A stretch of DNA of 60,957 bases, filler included, from 5 parts of 5 records of this genome joined end to end with filler, not necessarily neighbours in it, one strand, 5' to 3'. Shown: positions 10,237 through 20,141, numbered from the whole stretch's first letter. Made by a program: numbers and translations. Notes: generated from the letters alone by a model not told the origin.

Positions 10237-12295
10237 TTGATGACCTTTTTAAAAATATTAGTAAAAATGCAATAGCTAAAACACCAATTGTGGCAACTAT
10301 TCCAATAGAATAAAGTGAATTTATTTTGCTAAATATAAGTACTCCAAACCCTGCAAATGTACTAAGAAGGGAAAAAAGTATAGCTTTTTTTGTATTTATA
10401 TCTAAGCTTTTAGAACTATAAATAGCATAATCAATACTAATTGCTAAAATAATAAACATCATAAAAAGATGTAAGATATTAAATGACACAAAGTTAGAGT
10501 ATAAAAGAATTAAAGCTAAAGGAAACAGTAAAAAACAAAGTGCAAAAAGAAATTTCTTTTTTGTAATAAATATAAGCATTAAAATAATTAGAAGTAAAGC
10601 AATAGTCCCAAGTATTAAAATATTTTCTTTTACTTCATTTAATGAATCTTCAAATAAAAACTTCATGCTAAGTGGTTTTATAAACTCTAGGGTTTTAATT
10701 TTTTCATAATCTTTGATATCTAGGGCTAAAAATACATAGTTTTTTTCTTTATATTCAAAGTAGTTTATTTTTAGCTCTTTTAATTTTTCAAAACTATAGT
10801 TTGGAAGCTCTTTTAAACTATAAGCCTCTTTAAAATAATCTTTTTTAAACCCTAAGTTAGAAGCATGAAGTTCTAACTCTTTTTTTAACTCTTTAAATCT
10901 TTCACTATTTAAAAGCTCTTTTGTCTTTTCATATTGCTCTTTTGTGATAATTAAATCAAGGGAAGAGTTTAAAGAAGGAAGAGTCTGTTTTACTCTTTGA
11001 TATTTTTTTATTAAATCATTTGTTGAGGTACTTTCAATCAGTAGGGCAACTTTGTTTTCTTGTTTTAGCTCTTTTTGAAAGTAAGTGTTTAATCTATCAA
11101 GGTTTTTGTTTTGATAATCAAGATTTCGTAAGTTTGTATCAAATGAGATATTTGATAGTGAATAAATAATCGCTACTAAAGAGAATAAAAGAATATAAAG
11201 TTTGTTTATTTTAAATTTAAAACTATTTGTCTTTTTGTTTTCCTTTAAAGTAAAACCAATTTTTGGATATAAAAAACTAAAATGAAGATATGAAACAGTA
11301 AGAGAAATAATAGTAAAAATAGCTATTTGAGTAATCAAAGAAAAAGAGATAAAACTAATAGCAATAAAAGCAATAATAGTTGTCAAAAAGCCAAAGAATA
11401 CTTCTTTGTTAAAGGCTTTTTTCTTTAGATAATGCCCGTGCATATAATGATGAAACATATAATCAATAGCAACGGTACTAATTGATAAACCAAATACTAA
11501 AACAAAAATAGAGACTTCACTAAAAATAGAAGTAACAACAAGAATTGAGATAATAGCTGAGGTAGCTAACGTTGTTAGAGTATTTAAAAGTAAAGGAATA
11601 TTTCTTAGAATAAAAATATATAATGTTAGTAAAATCAAAAAAGCAAATATTATGATTTTGTTTACATCAGCTTTTATAGCTTGTGAGTTTTCTACAAAAT
11701 AGAAAATTGTACTAAAGGTTTTTATCTCTTTATATTTTTCTTCTATAGATTTTATTTTTGAATAAACCTCTTTGTATTTAGCTAAACTATTTATTGTTTT
11801 ATCAAAAGTGTAAACTCTTATATTTTTATTTAGCCTTTCTTTTTTAGTTTTTTCAAAAAGGTTTAAAGGGTCTTGTTTATTTATTAAAACTGGGAAAAAA
11901 GAGTTTAGTAAAGAGTTTTGTATTTTTACTAACTCTTCTTTTACCTCTATGTTTTCTAATCTTTTTTCATCTATATTTCTTAAAAAAAGTTGATATTTTT
12001 CTTGATACTCTAACAAAGCTTTTTTATCTAAGGTAGTCTCTTTATGTAAACCTTTTATCTCTAAAAGCTCTTTTTCTAGGTTTTTGATTTCTTGTTTAGG
12101 AAGGTTTTCAAAAGATACAAAAAGAGTTTTTGAGTCAGAGTATTTTGTATAGGCTTGTAGGATTTGTTTATTTTGCGAACTTGGCAAAATAGATAAAATA
12201 CTATTAGAGATATTTGTATAGCTATTTGATAAGAAAAGAGCTAATAAAACAATAGAAAAGATTAAAAAATTTGATAGTTTAATCAATTTGTTCAA
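10226..12295 (-). CDS. MMPL/RND-like membrane exporter (APE cluster type)
   Basis: Two TM bundles with VAIDY and AISIDY motifs and STFAGFGVL; large periplasmic loops. Confidence 0.8.
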   Translation of the reverse strand: MNKLIKLSNFLIFSIVLLALFLSNSYTNISNSILSILPSSQNKQILQAYTKYSDSKTLFVSFENLPKQEIKNLEKELLEIKGLHKETTLDKKALLEYQEKYQLFLRNIDEKRLENIEVKEELVKIQNSLLNSFFPVLINKQDPLNLFEKTKKERLNKNIRVYTFDKTINSLAKYKEVYSKIKSIEEKYKEIKTFSTIFYFVENSQAIKADVNKIIIFAFLILLTLYIFILRNIPLLLNTLTTLATSAIISILVVTSIFSEVSIFVLVFGLSISTVAIDYMFHHYMHGHYLKKKAFNKEVFFGFLTTIIAFIAISFISFSLITQIAIFTIISLTVSYLHFSFLYPKIGFTLKENKKTNSFKFKINKLYILLFSLVAIIYSLSNISFDTNLRNLDYQNKNLDRLNTYFQKELKQENKVALLIESTSTNDLIKKYQRVKQTLPSLNSSLDLIITKEQYEKTKELLNSERFKELKKELELHASNLGFKKDYFKEAYSLKELPNYSFEKLKELKINYFEYKEKNYVFLALDIKDYEKIKTLEFIKPLSMKFLFEDSLNEVKENILILGTIALLLIILMLIFITKKKFLFALCFLLFPLALILLYSNFVSFNILHLFMMFIILAISIDYAIYSSKSLDINTKKAILFSLLSTFAGFGVLIFSKINSLYSIGIVATIGVLAIAFLLIFLKRSSNED

Positions 12296-12752
12296 TACTT
12301 ATCCTATCATTGTTTAGCATATTAATATGAAGATATTCTAATTTCGTAGTTTTTTTGTAGTTTATACTTTTTACATAGTTTGCAACAATACTTTTAGGTT
12401 TTAGAAATACTTCATTATCTTTTTGTTCTATTTCAAAGTATAGCTCTAAATTTGAGATATCATCTAAATAGATAGCTTCAAGTAGAGTATAGTATATCTT
12501 TTTAGGCATATCTCTGTTTAAATCAATCTCTACAGTTTCATCTTTTTTCTTTATAAAAAGAGTATCTTCTTGAAATACTAATACTTCATCATTATTTTCA
12601 TATGAAGTTTCAATAGAGTCTTCTTTAAAGTTTATATAACCAGTTTTTTTAGTACTTGTATCTAAAGCATCTATGTATTTTGATTCTTTAAAGTGAATAG
12701 TTTGTGCAAATATATTTATAGTAAATAGAGTAAGAAATAGTGCTTTAATCAT
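12279..12752 (-). CDS. LolA-like periplasmic carrier protein
   Basis: Signal peptide; FKESKY...GYINF...GDR-like beta-rich pattern; cluster context. Confidence 0.65.
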   Translation of the reverse strand: MIKALFLTLFTINIFAQTIHFKESKYIDALDTSTKKTGYINFKEDSIETSYENNDEVLVFQEDTLFIKKKDETVEIDLNRDMPKKIYYTLLEAIYLDDISNLELYFEIEQKDNEVFLKPKSIVANYVKSINYKKTTKLEYLHINMLNNDRISIEQID

Positions 12753-13116
12753 TTGAATCCTTTAAAAAAATAAACTTTCTATGTAAAAACTGTAATAGTC
12801 CTGCAAAAATAAAAACAAAGTACCAGCCAATAGAACTATAATAAATCCAATAATCCATATTTGTATTAAAGAAAATAATAAGATGAATTATAGCATTTAT
12901 TAAAGAAGTAAAAAACCAAAAAAGAGTTGATTTATGAATATACTCTTCTTCCTTTTTACTAAACTCTTTTTTTGAGAACTTTTTAGCAAAAAATAGAATA
13001 ATAGAAGTTTTATTTATATATGAGATAAACATTATTGCTGTAATAAAACTTGAAATCAAAAAAGGTATAGTTTTTAAAAGTAAAAACTCTTTTAAAAAAA
13101 AAGCCAAAATAGAGAT
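12745..13116 (-). CDS. Predicted membrane protein, COG4648-like (partial, 5' end missing)
   Basis: Frame is open to the contig end; Y....T.FW..F..N and WIYYSSIGWY pattern seen in APE-cluster membrane proteins. Confidence 0.6.
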   Translation of the reverse strand: MSILAFFLKEFLLLKTIPFLISSFITAIMFISYINKTSIILFFAKKFSKKEFSKKEEEYIHKSTLFWFFTSLINAIIHLIIFFNTNMDYWIYYSSIGWYFVFIFAGLLQFLHRKFIFLKDSND

Positions 13117-13118
13117 AC

Positions 13119-13218
13119 NNNNNNNNNNNNNNNNNNNNNNNNNNNNNNNNNNNNNNNNNNNNTTAATTAATTAANNNNNNNNNNNNNNNNNNNNNNNNNN
13201 NNNNNNNNNNNNNNNNNN
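13119..13218. other. Artificial contig linker
   Basis: 44 N + TTAATTAATTAA (stops in six frames) + 44 N. Confidence 0.98.
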
Positions 13219-13984
13219 GTATTAGTTTCATTTTTTTTCGTATCTGGTTTTGGTTGTAATTGTGGTTTTCTTTCTGGAGTTGAAGGTATAATATCTTTAA
13301 AATCATTTTCTAATATATCTTCCAGTTCTTGTTCATTATAATATTCTATTGTTTCTAAAGAATATATATATTTTAAAATTTTTACACTTCTATAATCATT
13401 TAAAAAAAGATACTCTCTAAAATATTCGCTTCTATTATATTCTGAATACTCATAAATTTTGTCATAATTTATCTGGTCCACTTCTTTTAAATCATAAAAA
13501 TAGTTTAATTGGTATTTAGGTTGTTTTTTATTTTTTTCGATATTTGTAATTAAACCTTTTGCAAAAACCTTTCCACTTTTAACAAATAGAACAATTGCAC
13601 CAACTGATTTTTTCCATTCTTTTTCATATTGACTACTTTCTGCCCATCTGTTATAGTTATCCTCTAAAAACTCTTCTTTTGTGTAGCGATTACCAATAGG
13701 TTGAATTATTACAGGCATACTCAAATAATCAGGAACAATAAAATATTCTTCAGGAGTAGTACTCTTATCTACTTTTATATTTTTATGAAGTTTATTTCTC
13801 GATAGTTCTGCATTAATTGAGCCACAAAGTTTTCAAACGAAGGTGTTTTAGTTTTAGTGTGGTTTTTATCATAGTCTGGGTATCTTTCAGTATAACTTAG
13901 TGCTAATTGATTTTCTGAAGCTCTTCCATTAAAATCTTCTTTTAATATAATGTAACATCTATCTTTTATTGTTTCTTTTTTCAT
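13219..13984 (-). pseudogene. Frameshifted wHTH + PUA/EVE-like protein, probable HNH endonuclease (3' end missing)
   Basis: ORFs 13775-13984 and 13219-13724 join into one frame if one A is added to the A4 run (T4 at 13830-13833 on +). GAIVLFVKSGKVFAKGLI is PUA/EVE-like. Confidence 0.55.
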
Positions 13985-14112
13985 TAGTTTTCTTTTTTTA
14001 AGTGGAATTTACTAGTTTTGCTGTTTATAGTATATGATAGATTGGTTTTTGATTAGGTTATATGATAATAAAGCTAGTATTATTGTAAATTCTAGCTTTA
14101 TGTTATTTTATA

Positions 14113-14775
14113 CTAATACTTAAGTATAGAATCTGAAAACTTTTTATAATTGAAATACCTCTCTTTATATTTCTTTGGAATTAATTTATTAATAAAAATA
14201 TTTTCTGGTCTATACTTTCTATATAAAAAACTTATTGTATTAGATTTCATTTCTACTAAATCCCATTTTATATTAACCTGTAAGACATCAACATCTTTTA
14301 GTTCATATTCATCATCAATCAAATTTAAAAGATAAGCAGTCACACTTCTATGATGACCATGCTTAATAATATATCTCTTATTACCATCTTTATCGTTAAA
14401 TTCAATAAATTCCATTTTTTCTTTTGGTGAGTTACTATTTATTTCATTAAAAAAATAGTTTTCATCTTTTGAAAAGTGTTCAATAAACTTATGTCTTTTT
14501 ACTTCTTCATCATAAATACTTAAAAGTGTTCTTTTACAAAAATTAGGATGCCTTGATGCTGCAATAATATTTTTTGGTTTTATAGTAGTACTTTTATAAG
14601 TAGAGTTTTTTTTAATAAATTTTTCAACCAATGATTTTAAACTCAACTCACCAAATTCAGTTAGTTCATAGTCAAATAACTCTCTATGAGCTAATGGTTC
14701 ATTTTTTAATAGTTCTTTTATCTTTTCTATTGACTGTTCTGCATCAAAAGAAAATAATAGCTTGATATCATACAC
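14113..14775 (-). CDS. Hypothetical protein with ParB/Srx-like GHHR motif
   Basis: YIIKHGHHRSVTAYLL; GTG start with GAAGG RBS. Confidence 0.5.
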   Translation of the reverse strand: MYDIKLLFSFDAEQSIEKIKELLKNEPLAHRELFDYELTEFGELSLKSLVEKFIKKNSTYKSTTIKPKNIIAASRHPNFCKRTLLSIYDEEVKRHKFIEHFSKDENYFFNEINSNSPKEKMEFIEFNDKDGNKRYIIKHGHHRSVTAYLLNLIDDEYELKDVDVLQVNIKWDLVEMKSNTISFLYRKYRPENIFINKLIPKKYKERYFNYKKFSDSILKY

Positions 14776-14858
14776 TTATATTACCTTCAATATTTGATTT
14801 TTATTATTTTAACTAAACTATAGATTTTCTTGTTTAAAATCATTTCTAATATTACTCT

Positions 14859-14893
14859 TAAGGAGTAGCTACTTTTTATAGAACCTACTCCTT
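14859..14893 (-). terminator. Hairpin after parB
   Basis: AAGGAGTAG / CTACTCCTT inverted repeat downstream of the parB stop. Confidence 0.45.
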
Positions 14894-14902
14894 TCTCAAT
14901 AT

Positions 14903-15940
14903 TTATCCTTTTAATCCAGATTTAATTTGTTCCATAATCTTTTTTATTTCTTCTAATTTCTCATCCACAAAAGCTTTTTTCTGTTCTGGTAATTTATTAT
15001 ATCTTGTATTAGTTATTACCTTTTTAAAAGAACTCACTTCATCTAATAGAGTTGGTTCTTTAACAACCTTTTGTTTTGGTTTACTTTCTTTTACATTTAA
15101 TTTCTCTATTTCTGTAATTTTGAGTTCACCCTTATTATACTTATTAACCAATTCTACTTTCTTGTCTACTTCAACATTAAGTGCAGCAACTGCAAGTATT
15201 AACCTTCTACTATCTATTTCAAGCTCTAATAACCTATCTGCAAGTTCTTTTTGTTCTTCAATAATAGAAGCTATCTTGATGTAGTCATATACATAAGTTC
15301 TAGTTTTACCATACATTGATGCAAACTCATCATAAGTTAGTTTAGAATTATCTTGCTTCTCTTCTTCATAAGCTACTTTATAGTTAATTGCTAAATCAAA
15401 CATATGCATTTTTGTAGATGCCTCATTTGCTGTTAATGCATCTTTTCTAAAGTCTTTTTCATTGTATTCATCTTCTTTAAGATAATCAACTTTTATCTTA
15501 TTGTATTTAGCACCCTCTTCTTCTCTTAACTCTTTGAAAGCTGCTAGTCTTAATTGACCTTCAATTAAATAAACAATTCCTTCTTGATTTTTATATACAA
15601 TAATTGGAGTAATTTGCTTATTTGCTTTAATACTATCTTTTTTAGCTTGAATATCTTTTTGTGAAAATATCTTTCTTACTTGTCTAGGGTTGGGTTGAAT
15701 TTCATCTAATTCTAAATAGTTAGACTCTGTATTGTCTGTAGGCTCTAAACTTCTCTCAGATAATACAGATTTAGTATGTTTTTTTTGACTTAGTTTTGCA
15801 ATAACATTAAGGGCTAACTTTACTTGACCTTTTCGTGTCATATAAGCTTGAAAAGATTTAATTTCTTTTTTATCTGAATTAGCTAATAACTCAATTAATT
15901 CTTCAACACTCTTTTTTTCATAATCTTTAAAATCTTTCAT
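14903..15940 (-). CDS. parB: ParB/RepB/Spo0J family partition protein
   Basis: IQPNPRQVRKIF, ITPIIV, IEGQLR (GxxR CTPase motif) and HTH TYDEFASMYGKTRTYVYDYI; downstream of parA. Confidence 0.88.
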   Translation of the reverse strand: MKDFKDYEKKSVEELIELLANSDKKEIKSFQAYMTRKGQVKLALNVIAKLSQKKHTKSVLSERSLEPTDNTESNYLELDEIQPNPRQVRKIFSQKDIQAKKDSIKANKQITPIIVYKNQEGIVYLIEGQLRLAAFKELREEEGAKYNKIKVDYLKEDEYNEKDFRKDALTANEASTKMHMFDLAINYKVAYEEEKQDNSKLTYDEFASMYGKTRTYVYDYIKIASIIEEQKELADRLLELEIDSRRLILAVAALNVEVDKKVELVNKYNKGELKITEIEKLNVKESKPKQKVVKEPTLLDEVSSFKKVITNTRYNKLPEQKKAFVDEKLEEIKKIMEQIKSGLKG

Positions 15941-15954
15941 TACTCTACCCTACT

Positions 15955-17181
15955 TTAGTTTTTTAGTTCTTCAAGATACATTCTCATAACTATATCTTTT
16001 GTTAAATCAAAGAAACTTCTTGTACCTTTATCAGTAGGAGCTTCAAAAACTGCTGCACTATTTGCTGCTAACTGTGCACGATCAAAGATTTTATTCTTTG
16101 GAATAAATGTATCAAATAAAGTATAATCTTCTCCTAATAAGTCTATTAGTTTTTCATTTGAGTTCTCAGTATTAGTTAGATGCTGATTACTTCTACTTTC
16201 ATACATAGAGTTTATTGCTCCTAAAACTTTATACTCTTTTCCTACTTCTTCTTTATAAATTTTTGCTTGTTTAATAACTGGTCTAATGATTGAAGGGATA
16301 CCGTCTCTTGAAAAAGTTTCAGGAGTTAATGAAAACACAAAATAGTCAGATGCCATAATTGACATTCTAAGGAATAAGTTAACTGCAGGTGGTAAATCAA
16401 TTAAAATATAATCATAATCATCTTTAACATGAGAAATTAATTTTTTTAATGTATTTTCCATTGTTCCTAGATTTCTACTGTATGTTGGTAAATCTTCTGC
16501 AAGTTCCATTACAACTGGTGAGTTTGGAATTAAATCAATTTTACCTCTAATTCCATTTTCAAAGTAATCTTCTGTATCAATATTTATAATTGATTGTCTT
16601 AGTACCTCTTCAATATCTGTATCATTAACTTTTGTAATTAGCTCTACTAAAGTATTCTCAAAATCTTCTCTTATATATCCAAAAGAAGTTGTGCAGTTTC
16701 CTTGCACATCATTATCTATAAGTAATACTTTTTTTCCTAAGTATGCTAAAATTCCTGCAATGTTACAAAGATTTGTAGTTTTCCCTACTCCACCCTTATA
16801 GTTACCAATACAAATAACTTTTGTTTTTCTAAGATTATCTAACTCTTTTAATATTTCTTCAATGTATGGATAAATCGCAGGTAAGTAAATGTTTCTATTG
16901 TTGTTACCATCAGTGTAGATTGTACCTGGTATTTCATTATTTAAGATTTTTTCTTCTAATTCTTTTACAACAGTTTCCAGATTCTCGTCTGGATAATGAA
17001 ACTTTGCATAGTCTTCAATTAATAGAAAAGGATAATTTTCTCCTTTATATTCAAGTATTGTTGCTTCTGCTTCTTCTGGGTTAGCATTTGCAAAGGCTCT
17101 AAAAGAACTTTCATTTTTATAACCTTTGTGTTTTGCTAATTCTGCATTTGTAGGTTTTCTATTTTCAAATCTTAGATGCAT
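15955..17181 (-). CDS. parA: ParA ATPase with ~120 aa N-terminal extension (type Ia-like)
   Basis: KGGVGKTT deviant Walker A, LLIDNDVQGN and ILIDLPP; HTH-like N-terminus TNAELAKHKGYKNESSFRAF; AAGGA RBS. Confidence 0.92.
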   Translation of the reverse strand: MHLRFENRKPTNAELAKHKGYKNESSFRAFANANPEEAEATILEYKGENYPFLLIEDYAKFHYPDENLETVVKELEEKILNNEIPGTIYTDGNNNRNIYLPAIYPYIEEILKELDNLRKTKVICIGNYKGGVGKTTNLCNIAGILAYLGKKVLLIDNDVQGNCTTSFGYIREDFENTLVELITKVNDTDIEEVLRQSIINIDTEDYFENGIRGKIDLIPNSPVVMELAEDLPTYSRNLGTMENTLKKLISHVKDDYDYILIDLPPAVNLFLRMSIMASDYFVFSLTPETFSRDGIPSIIRPVIKQAKIYKEEVGKEYKVLGAINSMYESRSNQHLTNTENSNEKLIDLLGEDYTLFDTFIPKNKIFDRAQLAANSAAVFEAPTDKGTRSFFDLTKDIVMRMYLEELKN

Positions 17182-17195
17182 TATATTTCCTTTAA

Positions 17196-17212
17196 TTTTC
17201 TACCGTAGAAAA
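17196..17212. repeat. parS-like palindrome copy 1
   Basis: TTTTCTAC-C-GTAGAAAA; the inverted repeat extends over 17194-17214. Confidence 0.7.
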
Positions 17213-17226
17213 TTTTACTTAATTTT

Positions 17227-17280
17227 TACGACATTATAATCGCATTTTAAATTTTTGTCAATAGTACGATACTATAATCG
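17227..17280. promoter_or_regulatory. Paired operator-like repeats overlapping the parA promoter
   Basis: TACGACATTATAATCG (17227-17242) and TACGATACTATAATCG (17265-17280), both quasi-palindromic. Confidence 0.55.
17233..17261 (-). promoter_or_regulatory. parAB sigma70 promoter
   Basis: Minus strand TTGACA (17256-17261), N17, TATAAT (17233-17238): perfect consensus and spacing. Confidence 0.85.
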
Positions 17281-17296
17281 TAAAATATGTTTATTT

Positions 17297-17313
17297 TTTT
17301 CTACGGTAGAAAA
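17297..17313. repeat. parS-like palindrome copy 2
   Basis: TTTTCTAC-G-GTAGAAAA, exact reverse complement of copy 1. Confidence 0.7.
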
Positions 17314-18100
17314 ATTTATTTAGAATAATTATCACAAATAACTTAGAAAACTAATATATTACTAGTCCAATGTAACAGCTTATTGTATATCCAGAGTTTT
17401 TATGTATGCTAACTACCCTATTCTCTTTGAACTTATTCTATAAGTTTTCTTCGCCATATTTATTTACATGAAATGGTAATGTTCTTACAGCACTAGATAT
17501 TTTTCAATTTTGCTTTAAAAGTATATTTGAGTTTGTTAGAAACTTCTTTAATTAATTCATCTAGTCTATCTTCAAGATTTAATCTGTATTGCAAATGAAA
17601 TCAAGTCAATTCTTTTATATTAGTTTTCTTACTACAAACTTTCAAACTTATATCATTTACTTTTGTATCTTTATATATTTAAGTTACTAATATCATAATA
17701 TGTTGTTTTTTATAAGTAAATCTTTTTAAAAAGAGTAGAGCAGGGTAAAGCAAACCTCATCCTAGAAAATATATAAATAAAGCATTTAAGTAAAAAAGAC
17801 TGGAAGAGCTATTGCATATATATAAACTTGAAAATACAATATTTTATTGCTATAAATTACAATACTAACTCTTTTAAATCATAAGTCACATATGATGTAA
17901 TAGAATACTTTGAATTTATATACCCATATTTTCAACTTGCAGAATATTATCTTGAAAGAATAGGGTACATCAAGATGTAGTACTAAATTCTATACTAGAA
18001 AATGGAACTTTGATTTTATACTAAAAAAAACGAAGAAATTTATTCATTTGACTGATATTAGAATATTTATCATTAATTCATTTTTACTTCTTCTTTAAGA

Positions 18101-18117
18101 TTTTCTACGGTGGAAAA
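18101..18117. repeat. parS-like palindrome copy 3
   Basis: TTTTCTACGGTGGAAAA, one mismatch from copy 2. Confidence 0.65.
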
Positions 18118-18219
18118 TTTATTACGTTACTTTATCATAAGCATAACCCTAAATATTTATTCTCTATAAAGTAGATAACCTATATAATTATTTCATATTA
18201 TTAAAAGAGATTTACAATT

Positions 18220-20046
18220 ATGACTAAAATAGAAAAATTAAATATAAGATTAAAAGAGTTATTTGAGAAAGATGAACCATTAGTTATTACAATAAATGGG
18301 AAATGGGGAATTGGAAAAACTTTCTTTTGGAATAGTTTTGTTGATACTTATCTTTCTGAAGAGCTTGAAAAGAAAAAACCTTTAAGCAGAACTAGTAAGA
18401 TTTGGCTTAATTTAAAACAAATACTTGAAGATAAATTTGATAAAAAAGATTTACTTGAAAGCTTAGAGAATAAATTTAAACAGGAAATGGAAAAAAGATT
18501 TGGTAAAAACGATAATATTGCATATATTTCGTTGTTTGGTAAAGAAAAACTAGAAGACATTGAATCTGATATTGTATTACAAATATCAAAAATGACAAAG
18601 ATTAAAAAACTTCTTGCTAACTCTATTGGTAATATAGGATATTCTGGAGTTAAAGTTTCAAATTTATTATCTATCGTTCCCAAAGCAAATTTTAAAAACA
18701 TTGTAATATGTATAGATGATTTTGAAAGGATTTCTAATAAATTACAACTAAAAGAGGTCTTAGGGCTTATTAGTACATTAAAAGAACAAAAACAATGTAA
18801 AGTTGTAATGATATTTAATCAAGAAAAATTAGAAGATGATGATTTAAAAGATTATAAAGAAAAGGTTATTGACTATGAATTACAATTTAAACCAACTGTT
18901 AAAGAGTCATTTGATTTAGTATCTTCAAGTTTATCTTGCTTTAAAGAATTCCCTATTGAGTATTTATCAGAATATGGAATATCTAATATTAGAGTTATTA
19001 AAAGAGTTATTAATGCTTTAAATGATTATAACTTTATAGAAAGTGTCTTAGAAGAATATCCCGAACTTAAAAAAACTGTTGCTTATTCTATAATAAGAGC
19101 TGCAGTAGTTAATGCATTATGTACACCATATGATTTAGATAAACTAGAAAACTATATTAATTCAAGATTGTTTAATAAAGATGAGAAAAATAAACAATAT
19201 GAAGAAATACTTTATTATTTTAATGAAGAAATTTCAATTTTTTCTGATAATAGTATTTTAAAAAACATAAAAAACTATATAGATAACTCTATAATAGAAA
19301 AAGAAGAATTAACCAATATAATCAATGAAAAAATTAAAAATATAAAAGATGAAACTCTACGAAATGCAATAATTGAACTTTATAATAAGTATAAATTCAA
19401 TTTAAATTATACTAAAGAAGAGTATATAAAAGATTCTTTTTCTTTATTAAACAAAGAGCCAGATTCACTAATTAGAATCTTTGGTCCTAATTATTTTATT
19501 TCATTAATGAATACATTTATAAACTTAGATAAAAAGAACAAAGAAACATACACAAATTTTATGACTCAAAGATTTAAAAGTTTTTTTGAAATAGAAGACA
19601 CTTCTAAATATATTAAAGAATTAAATATTTTAGGAAAAATAGAAAGTATTAAAGAAATTGATCCTGAACTTAAAGAACTTATTGAAAATAAAGAGAGAGA
19701 ATTAAAATCAGAAAAGACCAAAACTAAAGAAGAAATATTAACTTTAATAAAAACTCCTCGTGAGAAAAATGGATGGGGTGATGAACCTAAACTTTTAGCA
19801 TTAGTAAATATAGAAACTTATAAAAATTATATGATAGAGTCTCAAGTATTTTTAAATGAAATTATTTCTTTTCTTCAATGGTTAGATGCTCCTAATAATC
19901 ATATTAAAAGTTTTGATGCAGCAATTAAAGTTATGAAGGATGCGTTATTAGAATTAAGAGAAGAAAGTAAGTATACAGAAAAAATAAATACATTAATTGA
20001 GAACTATAATATTTCTATTGATGAGAACCCTGAGAAACAAGAATAA
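18220..20046 (+). CDS. KAP-family P-loop NTPase
   Basis: INGKWGIGKT Walker A, YISLFG, VICIDDFER Walker B, YKEKVIDY and NIRVIKR; helical C-terminal region. Confidence 0.85.
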   Translation: MTKIEKLNIRLKELFEKDEPLVITINGKWGIGKTFFWNSFVDTYLSEELEKKKPLSRTSKIWLNLKQILEDKFDKKDLLESLENKFKQEMEKRFGKNDNIAYISLFGKEKLEDIESDIVLQISKMTKIKKLLANSIGNIGYSGVKVSNLLSIVPKANFKNIVICIDDFERISNKLQLKEVLGLISTLKEQKQCKVVMIFNQEKLEDDDLKDYKEKVIDYELQFKPTVKESFDLVSSSLSCFKEFPIEYLSEYGISNIRVIKRVINALNDYNFIESVLEEYPELKKTVAYSIIRAAVVNALCTPYDLDKLENYINSRLFNKDEKNKQYEEILYYFNEEISIFSDNSILKNIKNYIDNSIIEKEELTNIINEKIKNIKDETLRNAIIELYNKYKFNLNYTKEEYIKDSFSLLNKEPDSLIRIFGPNYFISLMNTFINLDKKNKETYTNFMTQRFKSFFEIEDTSKYIKELNILGKIESIKEIDPELKELIENKERELKSEKTKTKEEILTLIKTPREKNGWGDEPKLLALVNIETYKNYMIESQVFLNEIISFLQWLDAPNNHIKSFDAAIKVMKDALLELREESKYTEKINTLIENYNISIDENPEKQE

Positions 20047-20061
20047 TTAGATTGATACTAA

Positions 20062-20102
20062 GTAATAGGATAGATTAATATTTGTATATCTAATCCTATT
20101 AC
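20062..20102. terminator. Hairpin between convergent genes
   Basis: GTAATAGGAT..AGAT / ATCT..ATCCTATTAC. Confidence 0.55.
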
Positions 20103-20141
20103 ATAAAATGTTTTTTATTTAACTAGCATACCTTTTTGAAT

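Noticed and set aside
13163-13174. TTAATTAATTAA palindromes within N runs (also near 21032, 41150 and 54078)
   Set aside because: Synthetic six-frame-stop linkers, not biological repeats.
17196-17313. 118-bp segment with terminal inverted repeats as a MITE
   Set aside because: No target duplication, and the interior is the parA promoter. It is better explained as binding sites.
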